A stretch of DNA of 63,979 nucleotides, the filler included, from Basidiobolus ranarum (taxonomy: Eukaryota): the NCBI GenBank assembly GCA_040143965.1. It is 53 parts of 53 records of this genome, joined end to end, with 100 filler letters (N's around TTAATTAATTAA, not from the genome) between each part and the next. Parts side by side here need not be neighbours in the genome. Positions count along the whole stretch, not along the records: positions 35,139 to 36,247 come from JASJQH010013270.1; positions 36,348 to 37,455 come from JASJQH010013271.1; positions 37,556 to 38,663 come from JASJQH010013272.1; positions 38,764 to 39,871 come from JASJQH010013273.1; positions 39,972 to 41,079 come from JASJQH010013274.1; positions 41,180 to 42,286 come from JASJQH010013275.1; positions 42,387 to 43,493 come from JASJQH010013276.1; positions 43,594 to 44,700 come from JASJQH010013277.1; 45 more parts are not named here. One strand, written 5' to 3'. A program made the position numbers and the translations under genes. Under the pieces are notes generated by a model, which searched no databases, was not told the DNA's origin, and worked only from the letters and a program-made list of their open reading frames with translations. This document shows, piece after piece, positions 35,650-48,418 of this stretch. How positions within the stretch are numbered: position 1 is the stretch's first letter; every line of letters begins with the position of its first letter.

Positions 35650-36247
35650 TATTTCTAGGAAAGCTGCAAGACAGACTTCTTGTTGAGATAGATTGAGATA
35701 AACAGTATTATTGTTTTGGCCATGGGGTAATCTATTCAAGCAATGATATAGCTACTTGTGGCAGGAAATTTGTTGACTGCAAGTTGGTGATATTTTGGCT
35801 GAATTCTTGATGGTAATTTGCCAAAATCCAAGAGCTTATTCTCATTGTGAATGGTAATAAGAGTCAGCTATTTGCCAAGTGTCAGTGCTATTCAAAATTT
35901 AAGATGTTTAGCAATTTTTTCACCATTAGTTTGCTGGTAAATCATATTGATGTTTTTGAGTTATGTCTGATCAGTTAAGCATGTGCACTTGCAAAGACTA
36001 AACACAACTAGATTCTTGTATCTTTTGATTCTCATTATGGCTGGAAAGCAAAGCCAAAAATAGCTAAATAAAGCATGCATAGTAATTTGAGTTGCTGCAG
36101 CAGTAAACCCAGTAATTTAACATTCAAAAATTGTTGGAAATTCAATGACTCATGCCAAATATGAGGATCAATACTTTAGTCATCAAAATTCCATCAAGAA
36201 GCCACCATTACACCATCAAAATACCTGGCAGAATGCAAGCCACTGAT
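35650..36247 (+). mobile_element. CMC transposase 3' end running into terminus B subterminal region
   Basis: 5' part matches sequence following the transposase at 55090-55238; 3' part matches 27900-27960. Confidence 0.75.
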
Positions 36248-36832
36248 NNNNNNNNNNNNNNNNNNNNNNNNNNNNNNNNNNNNNNNNNNNNTTAATTAAT
36301 TAANNNNNNNNNNNNNNNNNNNNNNNNNNNNNNNNNNNNNNNNNNNNCTGATCCACTACAAATAGAACTCCTCTATTATTAGAATATGACATCATATCTG
36401 CGGTGCCATCTCTTCTTGGCAATCTTGTGTTAGTTTGTCCAGTTTACCTTGTATGTAAGTCATGTTCTTTGGAACATTCCATGAAATCTAACCAATCATG
36501 TCATCCCACAAATAGTGTATTTCTGCCACGACCATCCATGGAAGGTCACCTGATCATCCTTACATCATCCTTACATCATCACTATTTGTATTAGTCCTTG
36601 TAGCTCCCAACACCCAAACTCTTGAACTTGCCAAAGTATATTCCCTATTCAGTATATTAAGTTTCACCTTGCAATATCTATATAATGTTGAAGTTTATTG
36701 TCTTTATCATATATGTTATCCCGATCTTCATACACCTAACTATTTCATATATCACATATTAGTTAGTCAACATTATTTAGTCAAATATCACTTAGCTGAA
36801 AATTGGAACATATATTTTATATATATATGAAT

Positions 36833-37014
36833 GGACTTGTTCTCTGTGATAGTGCCAGATTGTGCTGTATATATCATATTGGATAAAGTAATCTAAAATT
36901 TATGTGGCACAATTTGGCACTATCCATCACCCTCTGGCATGATCAAAGTCAATCACATTTACACTAATATTTTGATCTGAGGTCCAATAAATCCTGGCAC
37001 AATGGAACAAGTCC
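36833..37014 (+). mobile_element. 182-bp MITE, second full copy
   Basis: AAT|GGACTTGTTC...GAACAAGTCC|AAT, same length as the copy at 17593. Confidence 0.88.
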
Positions 37015-37455
37015 AATAGGTCAGAATGTAAAACAGCTTCAAAGCCACTATATATGCTGAAACTCACTAAGGATATGGAACCAAAGACCTTTGAAGATAT
37101 TGAAAGCATGAAACATATTCCGTACTGTAGTGCAGTTGGAAGTCTCATATATGGAACAACTGGTACTAGGCCTGATATTTCTATGGCAGTAAGCATAGAA
37201 AGCAAATATATGTAAAATCCTGCAATGGAACATTGGATAGGTGTGAAACAGACAATATGCTATCTGAAAGGAACAATACATCATGGATTTCAATTTAGTA
37301 AGCAGTACAACATGTCGCTTATTTTGCAAAGATATGCTGATACAGACTGGGCTAACAATACAGAAGACTGTAAATCCAGAACTGGATATGTTTCTAAGCT
37401 AGCAGGTGGGCCAATAAACTGGATTAGTAAGAAACCACAAACTGTTGCATTATCC
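37015..37455 (+). mobile_element. Copia RT/RNase H fragment
   Basis: PYCSAVGSL..TGTRPDI, YADTDWA...KSRTGY..LAGGPINW.SKK..TVALS. Confidence 0.88.
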
Positions 37456-37555
37456 NNNNNNNNNNNNNNNNNNNNNNNNNNNNNNNNNNNNNNNNNNNNT
37501 TAATTAATTAANNNNNNNNNNNNNNNNNNNNNNNNNNNNNNNNNNNNNNNNNNNN

Positions 37556-38663
37556 GGGCTCATGTATTTGAGCTGTGCAGGCATAGGCCCAATTTTGGGA
37601 CTCATTGATATGGTAATCAGGGCTATTTCTGATCCAATTTGATCTCCTGGTTTGCAATAAAGGTACTACAACTTCTGGCTTTGTATTGGGGACTTCAGTA
37701 GGCAAATTTTGGTTGAAGGGTCCACAGGAATGCTATTTTCTTCATTGTTTTGGTTTGAATCCATTTGACTGATGGGATCAGGAGCAAATTGATTTTTGTC
37801 ATTGTCTGAGGTCATTTTGGGTGATTATTTTTCATTTTCATTAAACAAAACAACCCTGGACTTGATTAACTTGGATATTTTGGTATCATAGAGTCTGTAG
37901 GCATTAGTTGGAGTGCAATAACCCAGAAATATGCCTTTCTTACTTTTTTGATCAAATTTAGACCAATTTTTGGTTGTAATTTTGACACAAGCAATGCATC
38001 CAAAGATCCTCAAATGTTTTACAACAGGTTTAACTCCAAACAAGCTTGATATGGTGTAGAGTTAGACAAACTCCTAGTAAAACTCCTATTCTTCAGATAT
38101 AGAGCTGTAGCAACAGATTGCTTACCAAAGTTATGAGATAAATTTGTGCATTTATCATAGATCTTGCCATTTCTATTATAGTCCTGTTAGCTCCTTCAGC
38201 AACTCCATTTTGTTGAGGTGAATAAGAAGCAGTAGTTTCTTGCTTAATTCCATGAACTTTGCAAAAGTGCTTAAATAGTTTTGAAGTATATTCTCCACCA
38301 TTATCAGTATGTATTTTCTTGATTTTAGTTCCAGTTTCAGTCTCCACAAGTGTTTTAAAGACTCTAAAGATAGAGAGAGCTTCTTGTTTTCTTTCCATAA
38401 AGTAGACGCCAGTGTAACTTGTATAATCGTCAATAAATGTGATTAAATATCTTTTTCCACCTGAAGATAAATTTTGCATAGGTCCACATAAATCTGAATA
38501 ATTAGATCCAATTTTTTGACAGATTTGATTAAACCAAAGCTCTTGAACAGTTGCCTGACTTGTTTTCCATACATAAACCATCACAAATTTCAATTTTGGT
38601 TGGGGGGATAATTCGAATTCCGGAAATTTGGCAATTTTTGATCATTTTGCTCAAATAATCAAA
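37556..38663 (-). mobile_element. Copia integrase
   Basis: SDLCGP, FIDDY, TDNGGEY, YSPQQNGVAE, HLRIFGC, GIFLGY. Confidence 0.95.
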
Positions 38664-38763
38664 NNNNNNNNNNNNNNNNNNNNNNNNNNNNNNNNNNNNN
38701 NNNNNNNTTAATTAATTAANNNNNNNNNNNNNNNNNNNNNNNNNNNNNNNNNNNNNNNNNNNN

Positions 38764-39871
38764 AACTGTTGACTAGGTGCCTCCAAACACTGCATTAATT
38801 GCAATATTGCAGTGTTATTACTTGTCATGGCCTGTGTAGCAACTTTGTAATTTTTACTTATGATTGCATACATATCATTAAGGTGTTCTGCCTGCAATTC
38901 CCTTGTTGTAATAATTCTATCCAAATTTTATATGCAGGGTTGTTCAATAGTGGGCAATGTTGCCATTTTGGAAGTTGATGGTCTTGATGGTGTTTTGGAT
39001 GAACTTTGCTCAACTATTGATTTCCTAAGTAATTGGGAGATTACAATCTCTTCAGTTGCACTGTTGCTGGAAAGGAACACATATGGTAAATTGATTAATG
39101 CTTCATCATTGCTTGCGTTATTTTCAAGCATATTAATGCCTTCCAAAGTGGGTAGTGGATTGCTAGACTGCTCATCAATTAAGTCCTCTGTTTTTGCTGG
39201 TTTTTTTCCTTCTGTGCCAGCAGGCTTTGGCTTGGAAGCCAATTTTGATTTCAATTTTGAACTCTTTTTGAAAGGCATTGAAATTTTCAGATGGTAAACT
39301 TAGTGTAATGAAATTGCTTAGAAACAGCTTATAATAAGCCTAAATTGCCATCCATTACTAGAAATATCTTGGAAATCCCCTGATGACTCATCTGTGACAC
39401 CATCTTAGAATCAGCTGATGATATTGATGGGCTATATCTAAAATACCACCCTTACATAGGAGGTGTTCCTTTTTCTACAATATCTTTCTCATGCTGCAAC
39501 ACAAACACTTAAAGAAGCCCTGCTATTATTGTTACAAATTCTGATGCTATGAAACTGGAGGCTTCATAGAACAACTAATAACAAGCATGGTCACTTTACA
39601 AAGCCACCAGCTGCACAAAGCCTGATATATAACAACAGCAATAAGTGCAATAAATCAACTTGAGTGTTGCCAATTGGGTCCACTGCACATAATTTCAATC
39701 AAAGATTTGGTAATACTGCCAAAAGTCAAGATACCATGGAGTTACCACAGGTATATGACCAGAATTATGTGGTAGAAATCCAACTATGGTTGAAGCATTA
39801 AGTCCATACAACTTTGAGGACTTGGTTCTAGAAATTGACCTTGGCTTTTCCAGTACCAATGGTAGTGTATC
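38764..39871. mobile_element. CMC head-to-head junction: ORF A (ATG 39278, -) and transposase (ATG 39491, +)
   Basis: MPFKKSSK.. on -; MLQHKHLKKPCYYC.. on +; 212 bp between the starts. Confidence 0.8.
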
Positions 39872-39971
39872 NNNNNNNNNNNNNNNNNNNNNNNNNNNNN
39901 NNNNNNNNNNNNNNNTTAATTAATTAANNNNNNNNNNNNNNNNNNNNNNNNNNNNNNNNNNNNNNNNNNNN

Positions 39972-41079
39972 CAGATATACTACCATCATTACTGGAATAA
40001 CCAAGGGCAACATCTAGCAGCAAGTCCTCAAACTTGTCTGGCCTTACTGTTTCCACCAAAGTTGCATTTAGACCTACATCATTCTGGCATATAACTGTGG
40101 TAACTCCACAATATCTTGACTTTTGGCAGTCTTACCATTACTTTGAGGCAAACTACAGTCAGTAGACTCAATGAGCAAGACTAAAGTTGATTTGGTGTAC
40201 TTATTACTGATGTTATACACCAGGCTTTGTGCAGCTGGTGGCTTTGTATAGTGACCATGCTTGTGAGTATTTTCCTATGAAGCCTCCAGCTTTCATAGCA
40301 CAAGAATTTGTGACAATAATAGCAGGGCTTCTTTAAAAGATTGTGTTGCGGCATGAGAAGGATATTGACAGAAAAAGAACACCTCCCATGCATGGGTGGT
40401 ATTTTAGGTACAGCCCATGAATATCATCAGCTGATTCTGAGACAGTGTCACAGATGAGTCATCAGGGGATTTACAAGATATTTCTGGTAATGGATGGCAA
40501 TTTTGGTTTATTATGAGCTGTTTCAAAGCAATTTCATTACACCAAGTTTACCATCTCATAATTTCAATTCCATTCAAAAAGCATTCAAAATCTAAGTCAA
40601 AATCAGCTTCCAAGCTAAAGCCTGCTGGCATAAGAGGAAAAAAACCAGCAAGAACAGAGGACTTAATTAATGAGCAGTCTAGTGATAACTATCCACTTGG
40701 GAGGGCATTAACATTCTGGAAACTGACTCAAGTAATGGTGAAGCATTAATCAATTCACCAGATTTGTTCCTTTCCAGCAATAGTGCAAGTGAAGAGAATG
40801 TAATCCCCTAATTACATAGTAAATCAATAGTTGAGCAAAGTTCAGACAAAAACCATCAAGACCATCATAATCCACAATGATTTTGTTGCCCACTATTGTC
40901 AACCCTCCATAGAAAATTTGGATAGAATTATTACAACAAGGGAATCACAGGCAGAACACCATAATGATTTGTATGCAATCATAAGTAAAAACTATGAAGT
41001 TTTTATAAAAGCCATGGCAAGCAATAATGCCGCTATATTGCAATTAATGCAGCATTCAGAAGCAACTAGTCAACAGTTA
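39972..41079. mobile_element. CMC head-to-head junction (opposite orientation)
   Basis: MPQHNLLKKPCYYCHKFLCYESWRLHRK on - from 40354; ORF A on +. Confidence 0.8.
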
Positions 41080-41179
41080 NNNNNNNNNNNNNNNNNNNNN
41101 NNNNNNNNNNNNNNNNNNNNNNNTTAATTAATTAANNNNNNNNNNNNNNNNNNNNNNNNNNNNNNNNNNNNNNNNNNNN

Positions 41180-42286
41180 AAGTCTGAAAGCATGGTTACT
41201 CATATTGCAAATGTGAGATCTTTGGCAAAACAACTGGAAAATATTGGTGCAACTTTACAGGAAGAAGATGTCATTATGACCCTTCTAAGTTGTCTACCAG
41301 AACTGTATTCAAACTTTGTCACAGCTTTGGAAGCAAGATGTGACAAGTTATCTTGGGAGTTTGTGGCAGCAAGACTAATGGATTAACATCTCAGATGTAA
41401 GAATTTGGAAAAAGAATTTGAGATTGTTGCCCTTTTTGGAGCTGAAAATGTAGCTTTGGCAAGTACAAAGGTTACAGAAGAAGGAAACCAGGTTTATGCT
41501 ATGGTTGTAACAAACCAGGACACCAGTTAAAAGATTGCAAATCATAAAATTACAACAAAAATCAGAAGTCAGAACAAGCAAATCAGGTTTCAAGCAAAGA
41601 GGAAGTTTTATTCATTTCTGCCCTACCAGGGACTTCTGAACAAGACTGTAGGATGTGGTATATTGATTCTGGAGCCTCTCAACATATTTCTAATCAAACA
41701 AACAGGTTTAAGACACTCAAAACTGACATAAACAAGATGGTTTATGTGGGAGATGGCTGGCCACTAGAAGCTCTGGGAGTGAGAGAAATTGAAGTAGATC
41801 TTTGGGGCATCTCTGGGGACATGTATTTGACACTGAAAAAAGTGCTATATGTGCCTGGGATAGCAAAAAATATGTTATCAGTGAGTAAAGCTACATCTGA
41901 GAGATATAGCTTTAATTTTGATCAAAATGGCTGTACAATCAGGGATCAAAAAGGGAATTACATAGCTTCTGGAGCTAAGCAAAGTAACTTGTATAAACTT
42001 CATTATATTATTGGGAAAATATGGGCTGTTTGGAGGAACTTTAGAAAAGTGGAGTTGTGAATAGCTTTGTGAGTTAATTATTTATTGTCCAGAAATAAAG
42101 CAATAATGCATTTTGATGAAAATACAGAAAACTAACACTGGAACTATGTTCAGAATATCTGTGGGAGTAGAATGAGCTATTTTTGGGGCAATTTGGATGA
42201 GTTTGAAATTTCCAATATTGAATTGCTAATTCTCACATTATTCACATATATATATAATATACATTCTGATTTGCAGTTAAGTGATA
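41180..42286 (+). mobile_element. Copia gag-protease interrupted by LTR-C (-) at 42009
   Basis: Same family as 9709-10562; WYIDSGASQH, VLYVPGIAKN. Confidence 0.9.
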
Positions 42287-42386
42287 NNNNNNNNNNNNNN
42301 NNNNNNNNNNNNNNNNNNNNNNNNNNNNNNTTAATTAATTAANNNNNNNNNNNNNNNNNNNNNNNNNNNNNNNNNNNNNNNNNNNN

Positions 42387-43493
42387 AGTAGATACTATAG
42401 TCAGCATTACTCTTTTGGAATTTGAGTGTTTCCAAAAAAGCATCTATCTTGCTATTCCAAGCTCTTGGAGATTGTTTTAAGCCATAGAGTGTTTTCCGGA
42501 GTCTGTAAACTTTTTTAGGGTTTTCTGGGTCCACAAATCCATCTTGCTGGTTTATATAGATCTCCTCAGCAAGCTCACTACTCAAAAGGCAGTTTTAACG
42601 TCTATTTGGTGTATAATACACTGATGTTTAGCTGAAATAGCTAAAATCAATCTAATTGAATTAAACTTTCCTACAGGAGCAAAAGTTTCTGTATAATTGG
42701 TTCCCGGTGTTTGGGAATAGCCTTTGGCTACTAGTCCAGCCTTGTACCTTTCTATATTGCCATCAGAGTTGTATTTAACTTTAACCACCCATTGGCAGCC
42801 AATTGATTTTCTATCATGAGGTAAGTTGGTTGAAATCCAGTTTTGATTATCAATCCACGCTTAGTACTCATCAGCCATGGCAGATCTCCAAAATATTTTA
42901 TGAGGGCCATTCAGTATCTCTTTTACAGTCTGGGGTTCATGTATTTCAGCTGTGCAGGCATAGGCCCAATTTTGGGACTCATTGATATACTAATCCGGGC
43001 TATTTCTGATCCAATTTGATCTCCTGGTTTGGGACAAAGGTACTATAACTTCTGGCATTGTATTGGGCACTACAGTAGGCAACATTTTGGTTGAAGGGTC
43101 CGCAGGAATGCTTTTTTCTTCATTGTTTTGGTTTGAATCAATTTGAATAATTGGATCAGGAGAAAATTGATTTTTGTCATCATCTGAGGTCATTTTGGGG
43201 GAATATTTTTCATTTTCACCAAACAAAACACCCCTGGACTTGATTAACTTGGAAATATTGGTATCATAGAGTCTGTAGGCCTTAGTTTGAGTACAATAAA
43301 CCAGAAATATGCATTTCTTACTTTTTGGATCAAATTTAGAATGATTTTTGGTCATAATTTTGACATAAGCAATGCATCCAAAGATCCTCAAATGTTTTAC
43401 ATGAGGTTTAACTCCAAACCAAGCTTGATATGTTGCAGAGTTAGACAGACTACTAGTAAAACTCCTATTCATCAGATATACAGCCATAGCAAC
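42387..43493 (-). mobile_element. Copia integrase C-terminus and RT
   Basis: HLRIFGC, ERYKA.LVAKGYSQ, DVKTAF, LYGLKQSPRAW. Confidence 0.95.
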
Positions 43494-43593
43494 NNNNNNN
43501 NNNNNNNNNNNNNNNNNNNNNNNNNNNNNNNNNNNNNTTAATTAATTAANNNNNNNNNNNNNNNNNNNNNNNNNNNNNNNNNNNNNNNNNNNN

Positions 43594-44700
43594 ATGAAAC
43601 TGAAAATAAGAGGCTAATAAAGTCTAGGGATGTGTAATTTGCTGAAGAAGAAAAATATTTAATCAAAACAATCCAGGATCAAGAAAAGCAACCCAAAATT
43701 AATGAAAATTCTTCTTTCTCTCACCAGATCCTGATCAGTGAGAAAAACATTGAATACTCTTCACCTGCAGTCTCCTCAACCAACCCTGAGGTGGTTTCAT
43801 TGCCTAAACTGGAGCAAGAAGTTATAGTGCTAATTTCCCATCTTAGGAGATCCAATTGGATGAGATCTCCACCTGATTACTACTCTCACGCCAGCCAAAA
43901 GGAGCCTAGTACTAATTTGGCCTTTTCTGACAAACTCAAATCAGTACAGGAGGCTATGAAGAGCCCCAACACAGCGTTTTGGAGTGCTGCAAAGGCAGAG
44001 GAGTATCAGTCACTCATAGATAACTAAATTTGGACTTTGGTTAAGTTACTTGATGACTGCATCTCAATTGGCTGCAAATAGATGTTTAAAGGTAAACAGC
44101 AAGCTGATGGATTTGTAGATATATATAAAGCCAAACTTGTGGCTAAAGGATACTTTCAAATGGAAGGAGTGAACTCCAACAAAAATTTGCCTCTGTGGCA
44201 AAGTTTGATTCCATCCAAACCATACCAGCAATAGTAGCAAAACACAGCTTAATAATCCATCAAATGGATGTTAAAACTACTTTTTTGAATGGGGACTTAG
44301 AAGAGGATATATTCATGGATCAACCAGATGGTTTTGTGAATTCCAAGTACCATGAGGACATGTGTAAACTTCAAAAATCACTTTATGGGCTTAAACAATC
44401 ATGCATGGCCTGGTACACTAAGATAGATGCATACTTGGAATCACTTGATTTCCAAAAGAGTATGGTGGATTTGTGGATCTACTTTAAGTGAGATAAGGAC
44501 ATTGAGGTGATACTTGCCTTATATGTAGATGATATGTTTATAGCTACCAATAATGATGAAGCTCTCAGGAACACCAAAAGAGATCTATCGGTTCAATTCA
44601 AGATGATTGATTTAGGGGAACTTACACATTCTTTAGGTCTGCAGATCCATACAGCTATTTTGAGCAAATCTATTACTTTGAAACAATCTAAATACATCTC
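43594..44700 (+). mobile_element. Copia RT, degraded
   Basis: HQMDVKTTFLNGDLEEDIFMDQP, LYGLKQ, LYVDDM. Confidence 0.93.
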
Positions 44701-45541
44701 NNNNNNNNNNNNNNNNNNNNNNNNNNNNNNNNNNNNNNNNNNNNTTAATTAATTAANNNNNNNNNNNNNNNNNNNNNNNNNNNNNNNNNNNNNNNNNNNN
44801 TTCTCTTTCTTCAGCAATGAGTATCTCCTCTGGACGGTCCTTCATACATAAGTAAATATATCTTGGTGTATCGACATACCCTCATTCACTCACTCTATCA
44901 TCACTGTCGCTGTGTATACAATAGCCTGTAATACTCTCAAGGAGAACGTGTGATGGTAACCAGAGTCAGAGTAGAATTGGTAATGCCGAAGAGAGAACCG
45001 AGAAAAACAGACAAATCATAGGCTTAACAAATGGAGTACTTGCACAAGATACTCAGAAGTCAAAAGAAGAGGAGGAAATATAAATGCAAGCACAGGAAAT
45101 AGTTGCAGATGTATTGTAAGACAGAGGTGTGAAAATGGTTGAAAGGGGAAACAAACTTACAAATAAGAGAATGAACAAAGATCGAAGACTAAATTAACAT
45201 ATGAATACACAAACATACAAATGAACAATCCTACACACATGCAGAGTAGAAAAGCAAGATCACCTTCCGAGGTCGGTGTCTTGTCAGTTATATGGACATA
45301 CTCATATCTCCACTAGGGAAGGTATAAGCAACGAAGTACAAAAGAATATCTGAGGGGAGAGGAGAAGGGAGAAAGAAAGAATCGACCTCTTTGGGCAAGA
45401 GCCTTGTGACAATGCTGAAGAAGGTTGAATAAGGGTAGAATAAATATGGGAAGTAAACAAAGAATGAGTGACAGAGGGAATGATGAGCTGGTTATCAAGA
45501 CAAGCAGTTAGACAGTTAATCGGCAGATCGGTGCTGGTGAG

Positions 45542-45817
45542 TTAGAATCCGATTCCACGATGGTAGCCCAGCTTGGAATATCTTGGTGAGCGTCTATGTG
45601 ATCGCACTGGCTCCATCTCAGCCAAAGCAGTGGTGAAGAGGCTGGAAGATGTGGTAGTGGCGGCATTGACGTTAGTAGCTCCGGTAGCGGTGGCTTTGTA
45701 ACTCCGGAACAGTCTGGCCCCATCCTTTATGTACGAGATCAGCACTGAACGAAGCATGGTTAGGATATGCACCAAAGCTACCAAAGCAGATATCAAGAAA
45801 ACCATTGAGAACTCCAT
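45542..45817 (-). CDS. Small protein of unknown function with hydrophobic N-terminus
   Basis: 91-aa ATG-initiated ORF in a CpG-normal, non-repeat contig; no family recognised. Confidence 0.4.
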   Translation of the reverse strand: MEFSMVFLISALVALVHILTMLRSVLISYIKDGARLFRSYKATATGATNVNAATTTSSSLFTTALAEMEPVRSHRRSPRYSKLGYHRGIGF

Positions 45818-46006
45818 GATGTTTGTTTAGAGATTAAATGAGGTAGTAGAGAAGTTGTACTGTTGATGCTGCTTTCGCTGGCAAAGTGAAAAGACTCCAA
45901 GTGAAGNNNNNNNNNNNNNNNNNNNNNNNNNNNNNNNNNNNNNNNNNNNNTTAATTAATTAANNNNNNNNNNNNNNNNNNNNNNNNNNNNNNNNNNNNNN
46001 NNNNNN

Positions 46007-46643
46007 GCTGAAATCTTTTCAAAATTCCACCTGAATATATACAAATCCAATACTTCCAGTCTTTGCATTTGAATAAATGCCTAGATGAGTGGATATTGAT
46101 AGGAGTCCTGGTAAAATATGATGGTATCTTGATGTTTTCAAGCATTTTCCCAATCAATTCAAACTTTGATCCTATCTCAAATGGCTCATTCATATTGAAT
46201 TTTCCACTATATAGCTGAGTAAGTAGTATCAGAATGTTGTTGAATAGTAAGTGCATAGTGCCTAATGGGAAGCTCAGGCTCCAGCTGATCCCCTTTAGCA
46301 ATATAATCTTAGGCTTATGGCTAATACCAAGTTTGATGTTAGACTGACTATTTGGTGAATGAATATCAGTGATCCTGTTGAAATCAGACCAGGCTCTTGA
46401 AGGTAATATCATGGAGGTTAGTGTTCTATTTGGATAATAGTAATGTGTATGCCTGATAGAGTAAACTCCATTGATTTGACAAAATTTACAGCAAGATAGT
46501 ACATTGTGCCCACAAAAACTTCCAAGTTTACTGATGGCAGGAGTGTCACCAATACATATGATGATATTAGCTTTAATAAAATATTCACCCATCTGAGCCC
46601 CATTAGATAACCATTCAAATTCCACAATCAAAGGCTCCAAGAA
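46007..46643 (-). mobile_element. CMC transposase core (open for about 210 codons)
   Basis: GDTPA, CCKFC, SFPLGTMHLLFNN, KDWKYW. Confidence 0.9.
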
Positions 46644-47112
46644 CCCTAACAGAAATTTGAGGATTGTGATTGTAGGAAAACCACCACAATTTTAATCCAT
46701 ATGGGATTGACCGTTCACTTACTGACATAAAATCGACAAGTTAGATATGATTTTAATCAATTTGTTCAGTTTCAGGAGTGAAATTTCAAGATCTTGTAAA
46801 ATAGTTGCGCATGATTGGCTAAAATCTCAGAGAACTATGGATCAACACATGAACAAAAAATGTTACTCAAATTTAACACATTTACCACTTGAATGCTAAT
46901 TTGTCACCTTTGAAATTTCTAGTTTCTTTGATATACTCCCCTGAATATTTTTATGGAGTTCTTCATACCCAAGGTTTAGCTCATACCCAACACAAGTTTG
47001 TGTTAATATCTCCATCAAAGCCCACCATTGTATTAATGTTGCTGAATCAACATTCTTCCAGCTAACTGGTGGATACCCTGCAATATTGTGCCACTCTGTA
47101 TTAAGTTCTTCC
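46644..47112 (-). mobile_element. CMC terminus A inserted in a transposase copy
   Basis: Starts CCCTAACAGAAATTTGAGG; continues into the C-terminal ORF. Confidence 0.82.
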
Positions 47113-47212
47113 NNNNNNNNNNNNNNNNNNNNNNNNNNNNNNNNNNNNNNNNNNNNTTAATTAATTAANNNNNNNNNNNNNNNNNNNNNNNNNNNNNNNN
47201 NNNNNNNNNNNN

Positions 47213-47306
47213 ATCCAAAGAAGCCAAGATTCGACTTGATGGGCTTAGCTGCAGCAGAAACAGCAACTGCGGCCAGAATAGCTAGGTCGGTAAAACGGAA
47301 ATGCAT
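47213..47306 (-). CDS. Secreted protein N-terminus (partial)
   Basis: MHFRFTDLAILAAVAVSAAAKPIK signal peptide; TATATATA about 50 bp upstream. Confidence 0.7.
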
Positions 47307-48418
47307 TGTAATCTTGTAGCACAAGAATGTTGTTGACGATAGCACAAAGGATCTACTATATATACTAATGACTAGAGGTTAGACCACCATGTCTCTTTTC
47401 CTCCCTGTAGATATTCCAGAATGGAACCAAGACGCAAGTTTTCCAATTTGGAAGTCAATCTTAGTTGCTATTATGAATTTGCTAGCCATTAAAATTGGAA
47501 AATATCAGTCTCGTTTTAATGAATGTTAACCTCACCCGACGTAGCTGATGATATTCCTAAAATGGGGAAGCAAAGGTATAAAAGTTCGAAGTATAAGGAA
47601 CATAAGCGAGCATTACAAATTGCCTATTTAGAGGTTGAAAAAGACCAAGATTACCTCCTAAACGGATCATCCTATAGAAAAGATTGACCTATTCAGGCTA
47701 ACATGATCCATTCACATCTGAAGACAATCGGAATAAGTTGTCTGCAGAATGATGCACCAACCACGGATTCTTCGAGATATTCCTTACTGTATTCCCAGGA
47801 ATATTCCTCATTACGCCAACCTATTCCTTAACGTACCAGTCTTTTGATAATTTCCTAGAAAACCTCTCGGTCGCACAAACTACTATTTAACTCCTAGAAA
47901 TCATCTTCATCACACAAAACATTGCGTAATTCCTAGGAATCTTCCTCTTCACCCCAATCGTACATCTTTCTTAGAAAAAACTGATACAATTGCCATAGAT
48001 ATATATACATATAAAAATGGGCTGCAAATGAGGTGCTCTTGTGGTTTGCAAGACTAGGCCATTTTTATATGCACTTGAGAAAACACATCATCAAAATATG
48101 AAATTGCAATATATCCAACAAAAATGATGGCTTAAAAATCAACCAAGTGGAGAATCAATATGCATGAATAATTTGGTACAATATTAAGAGTTAAGATCGC
48201 AGCACACGAGCTGATTATATCAAGTAGAGCAAGATAGTGGATAAGTAGACTAGAGCATGCTATATCACTTGAGCACACTACATCAAATCACTGATTGAGG
48301 GGGATCCCAAGCGCCTTANNNNNNNNNNNNNNNNNNNNNNNNNNNNNNNNNNNNNNNNNNNNTTAATTAATTAANNNNNNNNNNNNNNNNNNNNNNNNNN
48401 NNNNNNNNNNNNNNNNNN

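Noticed and set aside
36348..36680. Repeat shared with 17970-18095, possibly a gag remnant
   Set aside because: Clearly two copies, but no convincing protein motif could be read
46255..46270. GTMH in place of the common DxMH in most transposase copies, as a sign of an inactive family
   Set aside because: This Asp is not one of the DDE catalytic residues, and the change is shared across copies that evidently amplified
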